NCBI RefSeq assembly: GCF_036321535.1 | Contig: NC_087437.1 | Coordinates: 45,138,001 to 45,202,000 of the forward strand | Origin: Camelus dromedarius | Taxonomy: Eukaryota | Length of the DNA stretch: 64,000 nucleotides | Direction of reading: 5' to 3' | In this document: one piece after another, positions 50,101 through 61,975 of the stretch | Numbering within the stretch: position 1 is the stretch's first letter | Layout of the letters: every line of letters starts with the position of its first letter | Notes under the pieces: model-generated | What the model was told of the DNA's origin: nothing | What the model saw: only the letters and a program-made list of their open reading frames with translations | Databases searched by the model: none | Translations under genes and position numbers: made by a program

Positions 50101-50750
50101 ATCATATTTTTAAAGAATATAGCATCAACATAGTTTTCTGTTTTCCCTCACCCAAGTCAGCTTCAAAGTGCAGACATGGGATAGACAGATAACTGGGTTT
50201 AACCAGGCTTGGGATTTAACTAAGTAGATATCAGGAGACAGGATCAATGCATGCAAGAGAAATTAGTATAATGATGGATGACAGAAACCATATTGGGTAG
50301 TACAGGATTAGAGAGTATAGAGAAATAGTGGTAAGCTAGTAGAAGCAAATGAAGTTTTATTTAGGACCTAGTAGGTCAAAGAATTGTACTAGCTGGGAAA
50401 GAAGAGAGAGTAAACTGGAAAACTAAGGAGTTGTATTCAGATGATGAGATGTTGAAATTGAGATGATGGAAGAAGTTGGTATTGACAGTATCTGTGGTTT
50501 GTCCATAACCAATGAGGACTGAGGAAATGCAGCAGATAAGATAGGATGGAGAAGAGATCAAGAAACCAGATGGAGGTTAAAAATTATTGGGAAAAGGTGA
50601 TCTACATGGATAATGAAGTGACCAATAATTAGACAAGAGTGATACTGGAGAGACTAACAGTAAATTGGTGCTAAAATATTCAGAGAATTAGAAGCAGTGA
50701 TCAGATTTGTAGATGACTGCAACAAGGAAAGATTGCAACTACAGGTTGAT
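47150..50750 (-). mobile_element. L2 internal region split by an L1MA9-like insertion
   Basis: Purine-rich L2-like sequence at 47150-47420 resumes at ~49955 ('ttgcttagtgaaccaaatagctgggtcat') and parallels the L2 at 6500-7400 (e.g. 'ataactgggtttaaccagg'). Confidence 0.55.
47422..49946 (-). mobile_element. 5'-truncated L1MA9-like element (~2.5 kb; 3'UTR plus ORF2 RT/C-terminal region)
   Basis: 3'UTR 'ttctactctcttaggaaatttcaatt...ttataactgaaagtttgtacc'. ORF 48535-48744 ETIKFLEENI..DLTPKPKATEEKINKWDFNKVKSF is L1 ORF2. Ends 'gttgaaccatccttgcatccctggaacaaat'. Confidence 0.92.
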
Positions 50751-51839
50751 GGCAATACTCTATTGTAATCCTAATTGGGTCTTTCGGGCTTTCATTTTCT
50801 TAATTTGTCAAGTATTGGGTGAATAAAAATAATTTAGTATGAATAGTAGTGATTTTCATAATTGAAAACAATAGACAAGAAGCTCTATGGAGTTCAAATT
50901 TTCCTATAGTTCAAAAAAGATCACAGTAGAAGGAATTAAATCTATCTAATGAGAGAAGATACATTTGAAATTAGGCTAACCAATTGACCTTCCTTTAAGA
51001 AATGTTTTGATAATTACAATTAAATTGCTTAAAAATTGCAGTGGTCTCAACAAATTTTACTGACCAAAATCAGTGCACAATCCCTGAAAATGTCTAGAAA
51101 TAAAAACAAATGATTATTTGTGAAAAAGTAACATCATATGTAAAGCTACTGGCAATGGACCTTGCATGTGCAAACATTAGTTCTTCCTAATTATAGCTAA
51201 GAAATCTACCACATTTAACGCTTGTGGAGCTCAATGCAAATACAACTAGCACAACTACATAAACATTAAATAACATTGTACAAGGAGTAAATTTGGTGGT
51301 CAGCAAAGTCGTAAGATTTGAAAACACTAAGGTACCATTTAGAGAAAATAATTCTGATTTATAATGCTAATGCTTAGTGTTTCAATACACTTAGGCCCTT
51401 TTTATATATCACTAAAACATTAGGTTTATTTAATTGACCAAACAGCTGATTTGACTACATTTTAAACTGAACTGACTGAATTTCTAAATTTACTTAGTCA
51501 CAGACTGAACAAACCATAAAATGGAAAAAGGATTATTATTTCTATTTCTATGTACTTAAGCAGCAGAAAGGCTTAAGAAATCATATTAATATTATAAAGC
51601 AAGAAGGAGAAGCAAATCTGAGTATCTCTGATATTTGTAATGTCATGAAAAGACAGAAAAGTAAGGAGTAGGACCTAGAGGCTCAGGTCAGGAGGACGGG
51701 AAAGCCTGACATGACTAAGGCAGGGTGGGATTTATTACACCAGCTGCATAAATTGGTGCATAGCCATGCCTACAATGGAGTCTGTAAAGTCAAAGGAAAT
51801 CAGGGGTCTGGTTTTGCTGTTCTATTATATACCATGAAG

Positions 51840-51992
51840 CTGGGTTAGCATGTATTACTACAACTAATACTATTTTATCAAGCTGGGAACACTTTAGGAT
51901 TTAGTTGTTTAGAGAGTCCATCCTTTCCGTATGTGGTTTTTCTACTAAATCCTCCCTGACTCCCTGGTATTTATGAGATGGTTAGCCACTCT
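51840..51992. mobile_element. Possible hAT-Blackjack MITE (MER81/MER94-like)
   Basis: 'tttatcaagctgggaacacttt...atgagatggttagccactct' is a weak match to Blackjack termini. Confidence 0.3.
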
Positions 51993-52082
51993 TTCAAGGT
52001 TCTCTTCTCATAATAAGGAAGGAGAAAGGAGAATAGCAATTCAGAGAGAAGTGATTAAACTCTGCTCTTACCTTAGATCAAT

Positions 52083-52345
52083 ATTTTTTGAAACAGATTT
52101 ATTGAGATATAACACTTAGCCTATGATTCATCCATTTAAAGTGTATGACTAAGTGGTTTTTAAGTATATTTACAGAGTTGTGCAATGACCATGACAATCT
52201 AATTTTAGATTACTTAAGTCATCTCCAGAACAAGCCAGCAGTGTTTCACCATTCTTCCAACCCTCAACTTGTCAACCACTAATTTACTTTCTGCCTATAT
52301 AGATTTGCCTATTCTGGCCATTTTACAGAAATGGGATTTTAAAAA
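52083..52345 (-). mobile_element. L1MB-type 3' end
   Basis: 'tttattgagatataac...tcatccatttaaagtgtat...tttacagagttgtgcaa...caaccactaatttactttctgcctatatagatttgcctattctgg'. Confidence 0.85.
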
Positions 52346-54720
52346 GTTCTTTTCTATTCATAATTTGTTAAGTATTTCTTTTGGGGGGGAATTTGTCACA
52401 TGCTTTCAATGCACCTGTTGATTTGAGCATGTTGTTGTTGGCCTTTATTCCTGTTAACCAAAATGTTCAGAGATGAAGATCTGATTGAGATGAAGAGGCA
52501 TTTATTTAGGGTTTGTTCATTCTGCAGCCTAGGAAACACAGATTCAAGAAGCACTTGAATTGTGTTTTGTTGGACTACAAAATGGAAGAAGCTTATAAAG
52601 GCAAAAATCGCAAGCCCACAGTTAGTTATACAAGCTGTTTGTCAAGACTTATAATAGTAGCTGGCAAGAAGTAAGGGTGCTTGTTAAGCAAGGATTGATT
52701 GGGATCCAAAATGGTTACACAGTTGCATTGAGGGAAACTTTAAGACCACAAGGTTAAAGCTAGCAGATGTTCTAAAGTGGCTGGTGGTATCCTTGGGAGG
52801 TTGTGGTTTGGTACAGTTCAGAAAGTTCATGTTCTAAGTGGTAAAGAAACATTTCTGAGACCAGATGCTCAATGGCTGCCCAATTCCATTTTTGTACGCC
52901 TGAACTATGATTATTCCATTATGATTTTCAATCTGTCATTATTCCATTTCTATGGTGTATTACATTTATTGTTTTCTTGGGTGTTAAACCAACCTGCATT
53001 CCTGGGATAACTCCCATTTGATTATGATATATAATTCATTTTATATGTTTCTAGATTTGGATTCTTAGTATTTTATTGAGGATTTTTATATCTATAGTCA
53101 TAAAAGATATTGTAGTTCTCTTTTCTTGTCTGATTTTTAGAATCAAGTCTTACAGAGTAAGTTGGAAAATAGTCCCCTCTCTGCTATTTTTTGGGGAATA
53201 ATTGGTGATGGATTTGTGTAAATTTTTTTAACTTTTTGGCAAGATTCATCAGTAAGCCATCTGAGTCTAGGCTCTTCTTTGTGGGAATTGTCAAAATTAT
53301 GAATTCAATCTCTTGTCCTGTTGTACATTTATTCTGACTTTATATTTCCTCTAGAGTGACATTAGTAGTTTGCATTTTCTAGGAATTTACCCCCTTCACC
53401 TAAGCTATTTAATTTTGGGGTATACAAATATTCACAGCATTGCCTCACAGTTTGGAGCAACTTTCACTCCTTCATTTTATTATTTGAGTAATTAAAGCCT
53501 CTCACCCTTCTGATTATAGCTAAAGGTTTGTCAATTTTGTCAGTCTTTACAAAGAAACTTTTGGCTTCATTTTTTCTATTGTTTTTCTATTAGCTACATA
53601 TTTCTGTTTTATTTTTTATTACTTCCTTTGTTTGGCTGGCTTTGGTCTAAGATTTCACTTCTTTTTCCAGTTTCTTAAGGTGGATGTTTAGATTATTGGT
53701 TTTAGATATTTCCTCTTTTGATACTAGTATTCACAGCTATACATTTCTTCTGAGCACTGCTTTAACTCCATCTCATAAGTTTTGGTATGTCTTGCTTTCA
53801 TTTCCATTTATCTTAAAGTATTTTCTAGTTTCACTTGTGGTATCTTCCTTGATTTGTTATTTAGTATTGTTTAACTTCTACATACTGTGAATTTCTTAAA
53901 TTTCTTGTTGCTATGAAATTCTAATGCCACCCTATTTTTTCTGGAGAATGTACTTCATGTGATTCCATTTCTTTTAAGTCTGTCAAGGCCTGTGTTATAG
54001 CCTAGAATGTGGCCTAGCCTGGAGAGTCTTCCAGGTGTGCTAGAGAATATGTATCCAGTAATTGTTGGGTGGGTTGTTTTATAGATATTTGTGAGGTCTA
54101 GTTGGCTTATAGTGTCATTCAAGAATTTTATTTCCTCAATGATCTTCTGCCTAGTTAATTTTTTTTCTATTTTTGAAAGTGGGATATTGAAGTCTCCAAT
54201 TACTATTTTTAAATTATTTATATTTCCCTTCGATTCTGTCAGTTTCGGCTTCATATACTCATTTTAGATGCCCATACATTTATCATTGTTAGATCTTCCT
54301 AAAAGATTGATTATTTTGTCACTATAAAATTCACCTCATTATTTCTAATAATATTTTCTGTTTCAAAGTCTTTTATGTGATATTGGAGACACACTAGCTC
54401 TTTATTATTTGTATGGTACAATTAATCCTTTCAATCTTTCACTTTCAACCTTTTTGTTTTTTTAATCTTAAATGTGTCTCCTGTAGACAGCATCAAGTTG
54501 GAACTTGTTAGGTTTTTTTTTTTAATGTGTGACTATTTTGACAATTTCTGCTTTTGATTTATTTAATCCGTTCATACGGATTTGGCACGGCTAAATTTAT
54601 GTCCATTTTTTTAATTTTTGCTTTTTTATATGTCCCCCTATCTTTTCTGTTTCTTCTTTACTGCCTTCTTTTGCAAGAGAATATTTTCTAGTGTAATTAT
54701 TAACTAATTTATTGTTTTTA
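52345..54720 (-). mobile_element. Old L1 ORF2 N-terminal half (EN/RT), interrupted by an ERV LTR
   Basis: ORF 53955-54254 VIGDFNIPLS...QLDLTNIYKTTHPT..YIFSS..SRLGHILG is the L1 endonuclease domain. 'gttaaaccaacctgcattcctgggataactccc' is RT-region sequence. Confidence 0.85.
52452..52938 (-). mobile_element. ERV1-like solo LTR
   Basis: TG...CA termini. On the minus strand, AATAAA ('tttatt' ~52501) and a TATA-like site ('cttataa' ~52592). 'ctgcagcctaggaaacacagattcaagaagcacttg' resembles MER4-group LTRs. Flanked by TTATTCC on both sides. Confidence 0.75.
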
Positions 54721-54724
54721 ATTT

Positions 54725-56130
54725 TGTTACTCCAGTTTTTATTTTAATAAACTTTAGAAAAAATTTTATTTACAAAAACAATGTGAAGAGTTGTCAATAC
54801 CCCACATTCAGTTTTTTCTATTATTAGTATCTTACATTTGTATGGTACATTTATCACAATTAGTGAATGAATACTGTTGCATTATTGTTAACTAATACAT
54901 ACTTCATTATTAACTAAAGTACATACTTCATTAAAAATTTCCTTAGTTTTTACCTATTTTTTTTTCTATTCCTGGACCCCAACCCAGATATAACACTATA
55001 TTTGGCATATATTCTAGGCTTCTCTTTGCTTTCACAATTTCTCAGACTTTCCTAATTTTCCATGACCTTGACAACTTTGAGCATTACCTTCAGGCACTTT
55101 GTAAAAAAGTTCTTCTACTGAGAATTGTCTGGAGTTTCGGTTTGTTTGGGGTTTTTTTTTTCACTATTATTAAACTGCACTATGTGTTTTTGAAAGGAAG
55201 ACCACAGAAGTAAAGCACAATTTTCACCACGTCATGTCATAGGTTCTCACTATGAACAAGACTCAGCACTCTTGATGTTGACCTTCATCATCTTGCTGAA
55301 GTTGTCAGGTTTCTCCACTGTAAAGTTACTCTTTTTTATCACCTTTCCGCACTGTACTCCTTGCAAGGAGGTTACCATGTGCAGCCCACATTTAAATGGG
55401 AGTATTGCTCCACACCCTTGAGATTGAAACATTGATATAAATTATTTGGAATTTTTCCATGTGGAATATTTGTCTCTTCTTTTCCATTTATTTATCCGAT
55501 AATTAATTTATATCAGGATGAATTGATGAATATTTATAAGTACTTTGCTGTAATCCAATACTACTTTATTTGGCTGTTCAGACTGTGCCAGCTTTGCCTT
55601 TCAGAGCTCCTTCAGTTGACTTTTGTGTCCCCTTGACAGATTCTACCATTATAGGTTTGGTGGTGGTGGTGGTGGTTTTAGCACTCTTGTTTTATGGCAC
55701 TACAAGGTGCTGCAGGTTTATCTTGCAAATTTCCTGCCCAGTCCTTAGATAAACCATTTTTTCCAAGGAGTCATAGTGCCTTTTATTGGAAAATAATATT
55801 AGAAATCATGATCTGCATGCTAGGTGCACTCATTGCTACTAGGGTATTGTTATTTCTAGGCCCTCTCAATTGACAAAGGAAAAGAAATATATCTTTTTGT
55901 ACTAACCTGTGGATGTGCATATTTCTATAGATAATTCTATATGTAGCCATTTGTATCTACATTAAGCTAAACAGGAATGTATATTAAAGTCTCTAACTCT
56001 AATCCATTATAATACAGATCATTCATTCTAACCTCCTCCTGAATATCTGTAAATTCCCACTACAACAATTAGCAACCCAGCTCCCACTGTTTACTTACTT
56101 AAATGTTCATTCTATTATACATATATAACA
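54725..56130 (-). mobile_element. L1MC/MD-type long 3'UTR
   Basis: 'tcttacatttgtatggtacatttatcacaatt', 'ggaagaccacagaagtaaagcac', 'aggtttctccactgtaaagttact', 'tgctaggtgcactcattgctact'. Confidence 0.85.
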
Positions 56131-56194
56131 GTATTAATTATATTATATATATTTACTATTTATTACATGATTAAAAATTCAGTTTCCCTTTAAA

Positions 56195-56330
56195 GTAAGT
56201 ATTAGCATTCCTATTTTCCAGGTAAGAAAATTGAGACTTAGGAAACTTAATTCATTTGCCAGAGTTGCAGCGCTTATGAAGTTAGAAATGGGATTCATAC
56301 CTAGGAATAACTGATTCCAAAAATTCTACC
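56195..56330 (-). mobile_element. MIR
   Basis: 'attagcattcctattttccaggtaagaaaattgagacttagg...gggattcatacctagg...ctgattccaaa'. Confidence 0.8.
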
Positions 56331-56649
56331 AAGAGCTTCAACCTCCTGCTACTGGGAATATGGCTATGACTCTAGTTACTGGTTAATGAAATTTCATGTG
56401 TGCCCCATTTTAATAGAATAAGACCTGGGATGCAGAGCCTCCATTTCAACAAGCAATGATCTAAGAAATGTTACAAATGTCTCCCTCTTGGCTACAAACA
56501 TGAAGTAAGAATATCTTAGAAGAGAAAAGCAAGTGGAACCAGGGCAAGAATAGATAGGCCTGAGGGGGTTAGTAGGGAAGGCAAGTAGATCAAGAGAAAA
56601 AGATCTAAATACACTATTCAAGGTGAGAAACTAAATAGGGTTATTTCCA

Positions 56650-56725
56650 TTAGGTAAATCATATGAAACATTTGACATTTGACTCTTTGACTTACAAAAA
56701 CAGCAATTTCACTTAGTTCAACCCA
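56650..56725. mobile_element. Mariner MITE MADE2
   Basis: 'ttaggtaaatcatatgaaac...tttgacttacaaaaacagcaatttcacttagttcaaccca' is ~76 bp with imperfect terminal inverted repeats and matches MADE2. Confidence 0.75.
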
Positions 56726-57179
56726 TAAATTCTAGTCAAAATTTTCGGGGAAAAAGGCCATTTTCTCCTCTTAAAACTAGTAAGTAGATAAAGATAGAAT
56801 AAATGAGATTGCTTTCCAGAAAGTGATAACATTTTTTATCTTGCTCCTCTACCCTTATTTCACCCTGAGGAGAATAATCTCAACAAAATCTTTTCTTTGA
56901 AATATAAATTTTCTTTCAAAGAGCATTGCCTCATTTTAATTAAGTTTGGTGAAGATTTTCAAATCTCAAACTTTCCCAGTAATGATAACTTTTGTTCTGA
57001 ACACGACTGCTATTAGATTATCATCATTATTAGAGTAATATTGGTAGCCATGGTCATTGACCACTGATCTCCATCAGTGTCACCATTGTCAAAACAGTGC
57101 TATTTTTTTCTTTTGCCAAGAAGGGGATCAGATAGTGCAAGATTTATCTTGGCTATGATTGCTAAGTTGCTAATTTATT

Positions 57180-57330
57180 TTACACTATGATTTTAACCTC
57201 TTGGTTGCTTAGTTTCCTTAGCTGAGAAGTGTGGGTTGTGCCAATTTTCCAAGGTTACTAGAAAGGTTAATGTTTGCAACTTCTAAAGTTTCTTTGGTGA
57301 GAGGCTCAGAGAAGAGAAAAGTATTATTCC
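57180..57330 (+). mobile_element. MIR fragment
   Basis: 'tttaacctcttggttgcttagtttccttagctg'. Confidence 0.55.
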
Positions 57331-58192
57331 ACACTGTTTGGTATCTTCTGTCACAGGGCTAAACTATGAATGTAGAGTCTGATTAAAACATATCATTTTT
57401 CTCTTTATCTGTCAATTGCCCTCTTATTGAATAAGTAAATTGAATACTGAAGTTAATATTTACTTAAAAATTCCATCAGATTTAGCCTCTGTTCACTGAC
57501 TGTTTCATTTTCACTTGTTTAAAAAATTGTTTTTAGTGTCTGGACTGCAAAATACTGAATAAAATTACCATGAAAAATAAGTACTGCCTGCATTAGACTG
57601 ATGAAGTAATTGAATGATTACACTGAGCTTAAAATATCTTCTGATGAGCATATACTTATGGTTATCATAAAATCAAAATTTGGGAAAGAATTTTGTAAGC
57701 TGAACTTAAAATGTAATTTTTAAAAATTAGAAATTAATAAATTTCTATTTCCTCCATTGGGATAGAAGGAGTGACATCTTGACTTCCTTTCTAAGTAACT
57801 TAAAAAGAATGTTTAACTGGACCCAAGCCAGTTTCATTTTACACTAAACATTTTCTTTTGGAGTTGAAAGTATCTTTGGTTCTTTGAAGATTCTGAAGAG
57901 TTTTCAAAAGTGTTTGTGAATCTCTCGGGTATTGAAATCAGACTGTTCTTTCTACCAAATGGAAACTTCTGAAGTTCATTTCATCTGAATATGGATTATC
58001 CACATATATGTCCACATATCTGAGTATGGTTTAAAAAGTATGGTACAGTCACATAAAAGAATGCAACACGATTATTTTAAAAATTACATTTTTATAGAAT
58101 TACTTAAAATGTCCTTAGAAAATATTATCACAGGATAACTGTGATAGATAGAAAATTATATTAACAATATACTCCAAACCCTGTTATTGGAC

Positions 58193-58252
58193 TGTATATA
58201 TTGAATATATATATACATATATATATACACACACACATACATATATATATAA
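58193..58252. repeat. (TA)n/(CA)n compound microsatellite
   Basis: Directly visible. Confidence 0.9.
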
Positions 58253-59467
58253 AAGTATAACTGGAATAAAAAAGACAATGATCTGTTAACTGTATTTATC
58301 ACTGGGTAATGAAAATGCAGGTGCTTTTATTTATGTTTCATTATATATATATATTTATATTCTAAACATTTAAAATTAAAAACACTAAAGATTATATGGA
58401 CAAATACAATTTATAAAACTGACATGTGAGCGTCTGCTATCATATATTTCCAACTCCTGAAGAACCAGACTAGGGGAGAGAGGCAGATAGGGCTCATTCT
58501 AGTGAGAAAAGCATGGAAGAGTGTCTGCTCCTTCCAGAAACAGCAGCTGAGCGCTTCATGGATTAACATCTTGTTGGCTGTGAGCATGCGTCATGGATTT
58601 GATTAGGGGCTCTGGTGGGGACAAAATTGGTCAAGAAAATTAAACTAAATTTAAAAATAAGCAATGGCATGAATATGAAGATTTGTTGTGGTTTGTAGAG
58701 TGAGAATCTTTAGAGGGGTTTAGGGAACTAAAGAATCAAAGGAAAAAGGAATAAAGGCGTTTTAATAATGTTGATTAAGTCTTTTGATCCTTTCTAATGC
58801 TCTTCAAGGATGAGGAAAAGGATTTGTGTTATGTTAATATTACTTTTAGAGAATGACCTATAATTTAATACATGCAGTCCTCCTCTGAACTGGAACACAT
58901 GAAACTCCAAGTTCCACAGAGGTAATGGACATATGGTTAGATATAAATGTTTACTTGCATATCTATCTATTCCACAGTTATAAAAATTATTTTTAACTGT
59001 GTGGTTAGAGGAGATACATCAGCTTACAAAGACTTTTTCTAAGTCAAGCAGTCTTCCAACTGCTTCATCTCAATGCCACCGCTGGCACTCCTAGAAGCCA
59101 CAGCCGCTTAATTCTCTACCACACACTCTGAATAGTGTTTTGGTCCTAATGAATAAGCATCTCATAAAGTAACTTACAAAAGCACACTTCCAGCCCAAAG
59201 GAGGGGTGATGTATTTTGGTAGGAAAACACTAATCAGAGATTTTCCAACACACAATCCAAGATGAAGGAAAAAAATCTGTCCACAATGGTCTCCCAATGA
59301 AAATACATATTTAGTGAGTAATTTAATAGCACAATATGTGTTTGCTAAATAAGGGGCATGATATGGAGGTACTGTAGGATGCTGATGACCATACAAGTTT
59401 ATGAAGCAGTACCGTAGGTGAGGAAGAACCAACAATGCATTTGTAACAGAAAAATACCATTTTCAGA

Positions 59468-59490
59468 GATATCTATCTATCTATCTATCT
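59468..59490. repeat. (ATCT)n microsatellite
   Basis: 'atatctatctatctatctatct'. Confidence 0.9.
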
Positions 59491-61149
59491 GGTCTGAAGG
59501 ATGGTCTGGAAAGGAATTAAATTTGGACAATTCTTTCTTCCCAACCAATGTTAAATAATCATAACTTAAAATACTTTAGCATCCTTTAACATGCATTAGA
59601 CACAGTCGGCTTAGAAAAATAGCCTGTGATTTTAATTTTCTTCTGCTAATTTTGGTGAGTCTTTTACTCTTTTTAGGCTCTTGCTACTTTATCTACAAAA
59701 TAAAATGGGTAACCTCAGTAGTCATTAATACATCTTTCAGACTTCAAATTCTCAGATAAAACAAAACTAAATGGTTATGTGAACTATTAAAGGTTTGTTT
59801 TCATAGGACACCTACCTCTTGGTTAATAAGAGAAAAAAACAATTGCCGTTCCTACTTAGATGTACACTAAAAATATGTTGAAAAACCTAGATGACTTCTT
59901 TTGGTTTTCTTCTTATTTTTTCTGATCCCCTAACAAATGTAAGATTGTATGTAGGGAATTGAGGGAGAAATAAAGAAATGATAGGAATTTGAGACAACTC
60001 TTCAGTGTAAGGAAACTCAATACCTTCGCTGCCATAAAAGTTAATGAGGATGTCAAGTTACTTTGAGGCTCAACCCCCAAAGGACATTCTCAATTCTGCT
60101 AGAAAGCAAAAGCTATGCATGATAATGAGCATCTCTGAGGGAGATAGCACGAAGATGATGGTAGAAGACGCATGGCTCAATTATGTGCAGAATAATGATA
60201 ACAAGCCCTGCATCCTGTATACATACTCTCCTAATTGGGTAACAGTGCAGCCCTGTGTACTACAAGTAGTGGAGAGCACTCATTATGGCAGAGAAAAACA
60301 AAAGTCTTAGTTATAACTCAAAATGCTGTGAATTTAGAAGTAAGAAAGGGCATATCTAATACAAATGCTTTAGGTATTTTTTTTCATAAAGGTATCTCTC
60401 ATCTTGACAAGCAACCAGACCTGAAGTGAGTTTAATTAGTTCAATGCATCATGCTAAATTGTAAAAAGGAGTAAAACCAAGGCGGAAAAAAGAAGTATCC
60501 AGAAATTCCATCACACAGTCTGTCTGTAAGGCACTCTATTGAAATGCAGGCGCAACAGCAACAGGATCTTTAACTTCTTTCTAGTGCCCAAGAAGTCTAT
60601 CCTTGTGTGAAAATGCTGGCAAAGGGGTCACCCAAGTTTTCTTTCAGATGCGTTTCCCTGTGTCATCTCATTTTCTGTCATCAAATCTTACATCTCTGTC
60701 CTGAATTTGATCAGGTCAATGTGATTAAATTTTCCTAAAATAGGGTAAGCACTCCCTCAAAGAAACCCACTGTTCCCTAGTGTAAACTAGATTATATATA
60801 TATAATTAGTATACAATTATCTGTATAATTAGTCTCTTCTCAATCTTTTCTGTTTTAGGACCAGAGTATCAGAAAGAGCTGGGCTTTGTCTATAGAATTG
60901 ATTTCCTTTGCCCATAGAACTGTGATCATGTCTCCACTTTGGTTCTGACTCCTAGAAAACTCAAAGCCAAACTAGTGAGCCTCTTCTAACTAAGCTTTAT
61001 GTCTTTTTTTACCCCCTACTGAACAAACCTTATGTGTATGTCCCTCATTTTCCCTGTATTATTATTTTCTTCACACTTTCAAACTACTTATCTTATAGTT
61101 TTATTTATCTGTATGCTCCTAAATCTCTTCTGAGCAAGAAGCTAATATA

Positions 61150-61629
61150 TCATATAGGTTGCATTCAGGCACAGGTTACAAAAAAATTGTTATTCCTTTA
61201 TTCAAATTGGAGTATATATTTTCATGTAAAAGAAGTCCAGAAGTAGACAGTATGGGTCTGGAATTTTGAACTAAATTTTGGCTTCCTCAGGAACCCAGGG
61301 TCTCTCTACTTTGGCTTCTCTCCTCACATATGCCAGGTGGCTGGTACTCTGCTAGGTTATAAGAGGCAGAAGGACAGAAGGCACATATTGGCTGACTCCA
61401 CCTTTATTTTTTTAACTAGTTCATCCATGATGCTTGTGTTTTTATCTTATTTGTTAGAGTTGATTTGCATGGTGACCGTGAGTTGCAAGCCATTCTGAAA
61501 ATGCAAGTTGATTTTCTTTCTTTGTTTTTTTTTGGACAACTTGAGTCTCTGAAAGAATTTATTATTTTGTTAGTTGTAGAAGATAGGGAGAATGGATATT
61601 GGGTAGGCAACTAACGGTGTTTGTTATCA
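61150..61629 (-). mobile_element. MaLR solo LTR (MLT1J-like)
   Basis: 'aagaagtccagaagtagacagt...caggaacccagg...gggagaatggatattgggtaggcaactaac'. Confidence 0.8.
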
Positions 61630-61864
61630 TTGGTATACCAAACCAAAAATTTTTTAAAAGACACACTTGCACACATGTATTTATACATTATGCAAGTGTT
61701 TAATTTCTTCCTTTTCTTCTTGTTCCCTTCATGACAGATCCATACCTAAGACCATAAAAGTACTTCTCCATCTAAAAAAAAAATGGAACAACTTTTAAAT
61801 ACCTGTATGCAGTGCTAAGTATGCATTTATGAGAGAATAAACTAAACAAGAAGTCTGCTTCATT

Positions 61865-61975
61865 TTAAACCAACCAACAGTTATCTAGCATTATTAATGT
61901 AAAACATCATGCTAGTGAGGACTGGGAATTAAGTCTTGATTCAGATTCATGGTCTTTACAGACTCAATCTAAAGA
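61865..61975 (-). mobile_element. L2 3' tail fragment
   Basis: 'caacagttatctagcattattaatgtaaaacatcatgctagtgaggactggga'. Confidence 0.45.

Noticed and set aside
54880..54935. ~23-bp tandem duplication
   Set aside because: Ordinary slippage duplication within an L1 3'UTR.
59070..59090. CTCF-like motif (GCCAGCGGTGGCA on minus)
   Set aside because: One base short of the core spacing.
59091..59435. 114-aa ORF containing FLPKY (SLCO-like motif)
   Set aside because: Only 5 residues match, the flanks are unlike OATPs, the start is non-ATG and the acceptor is weak.
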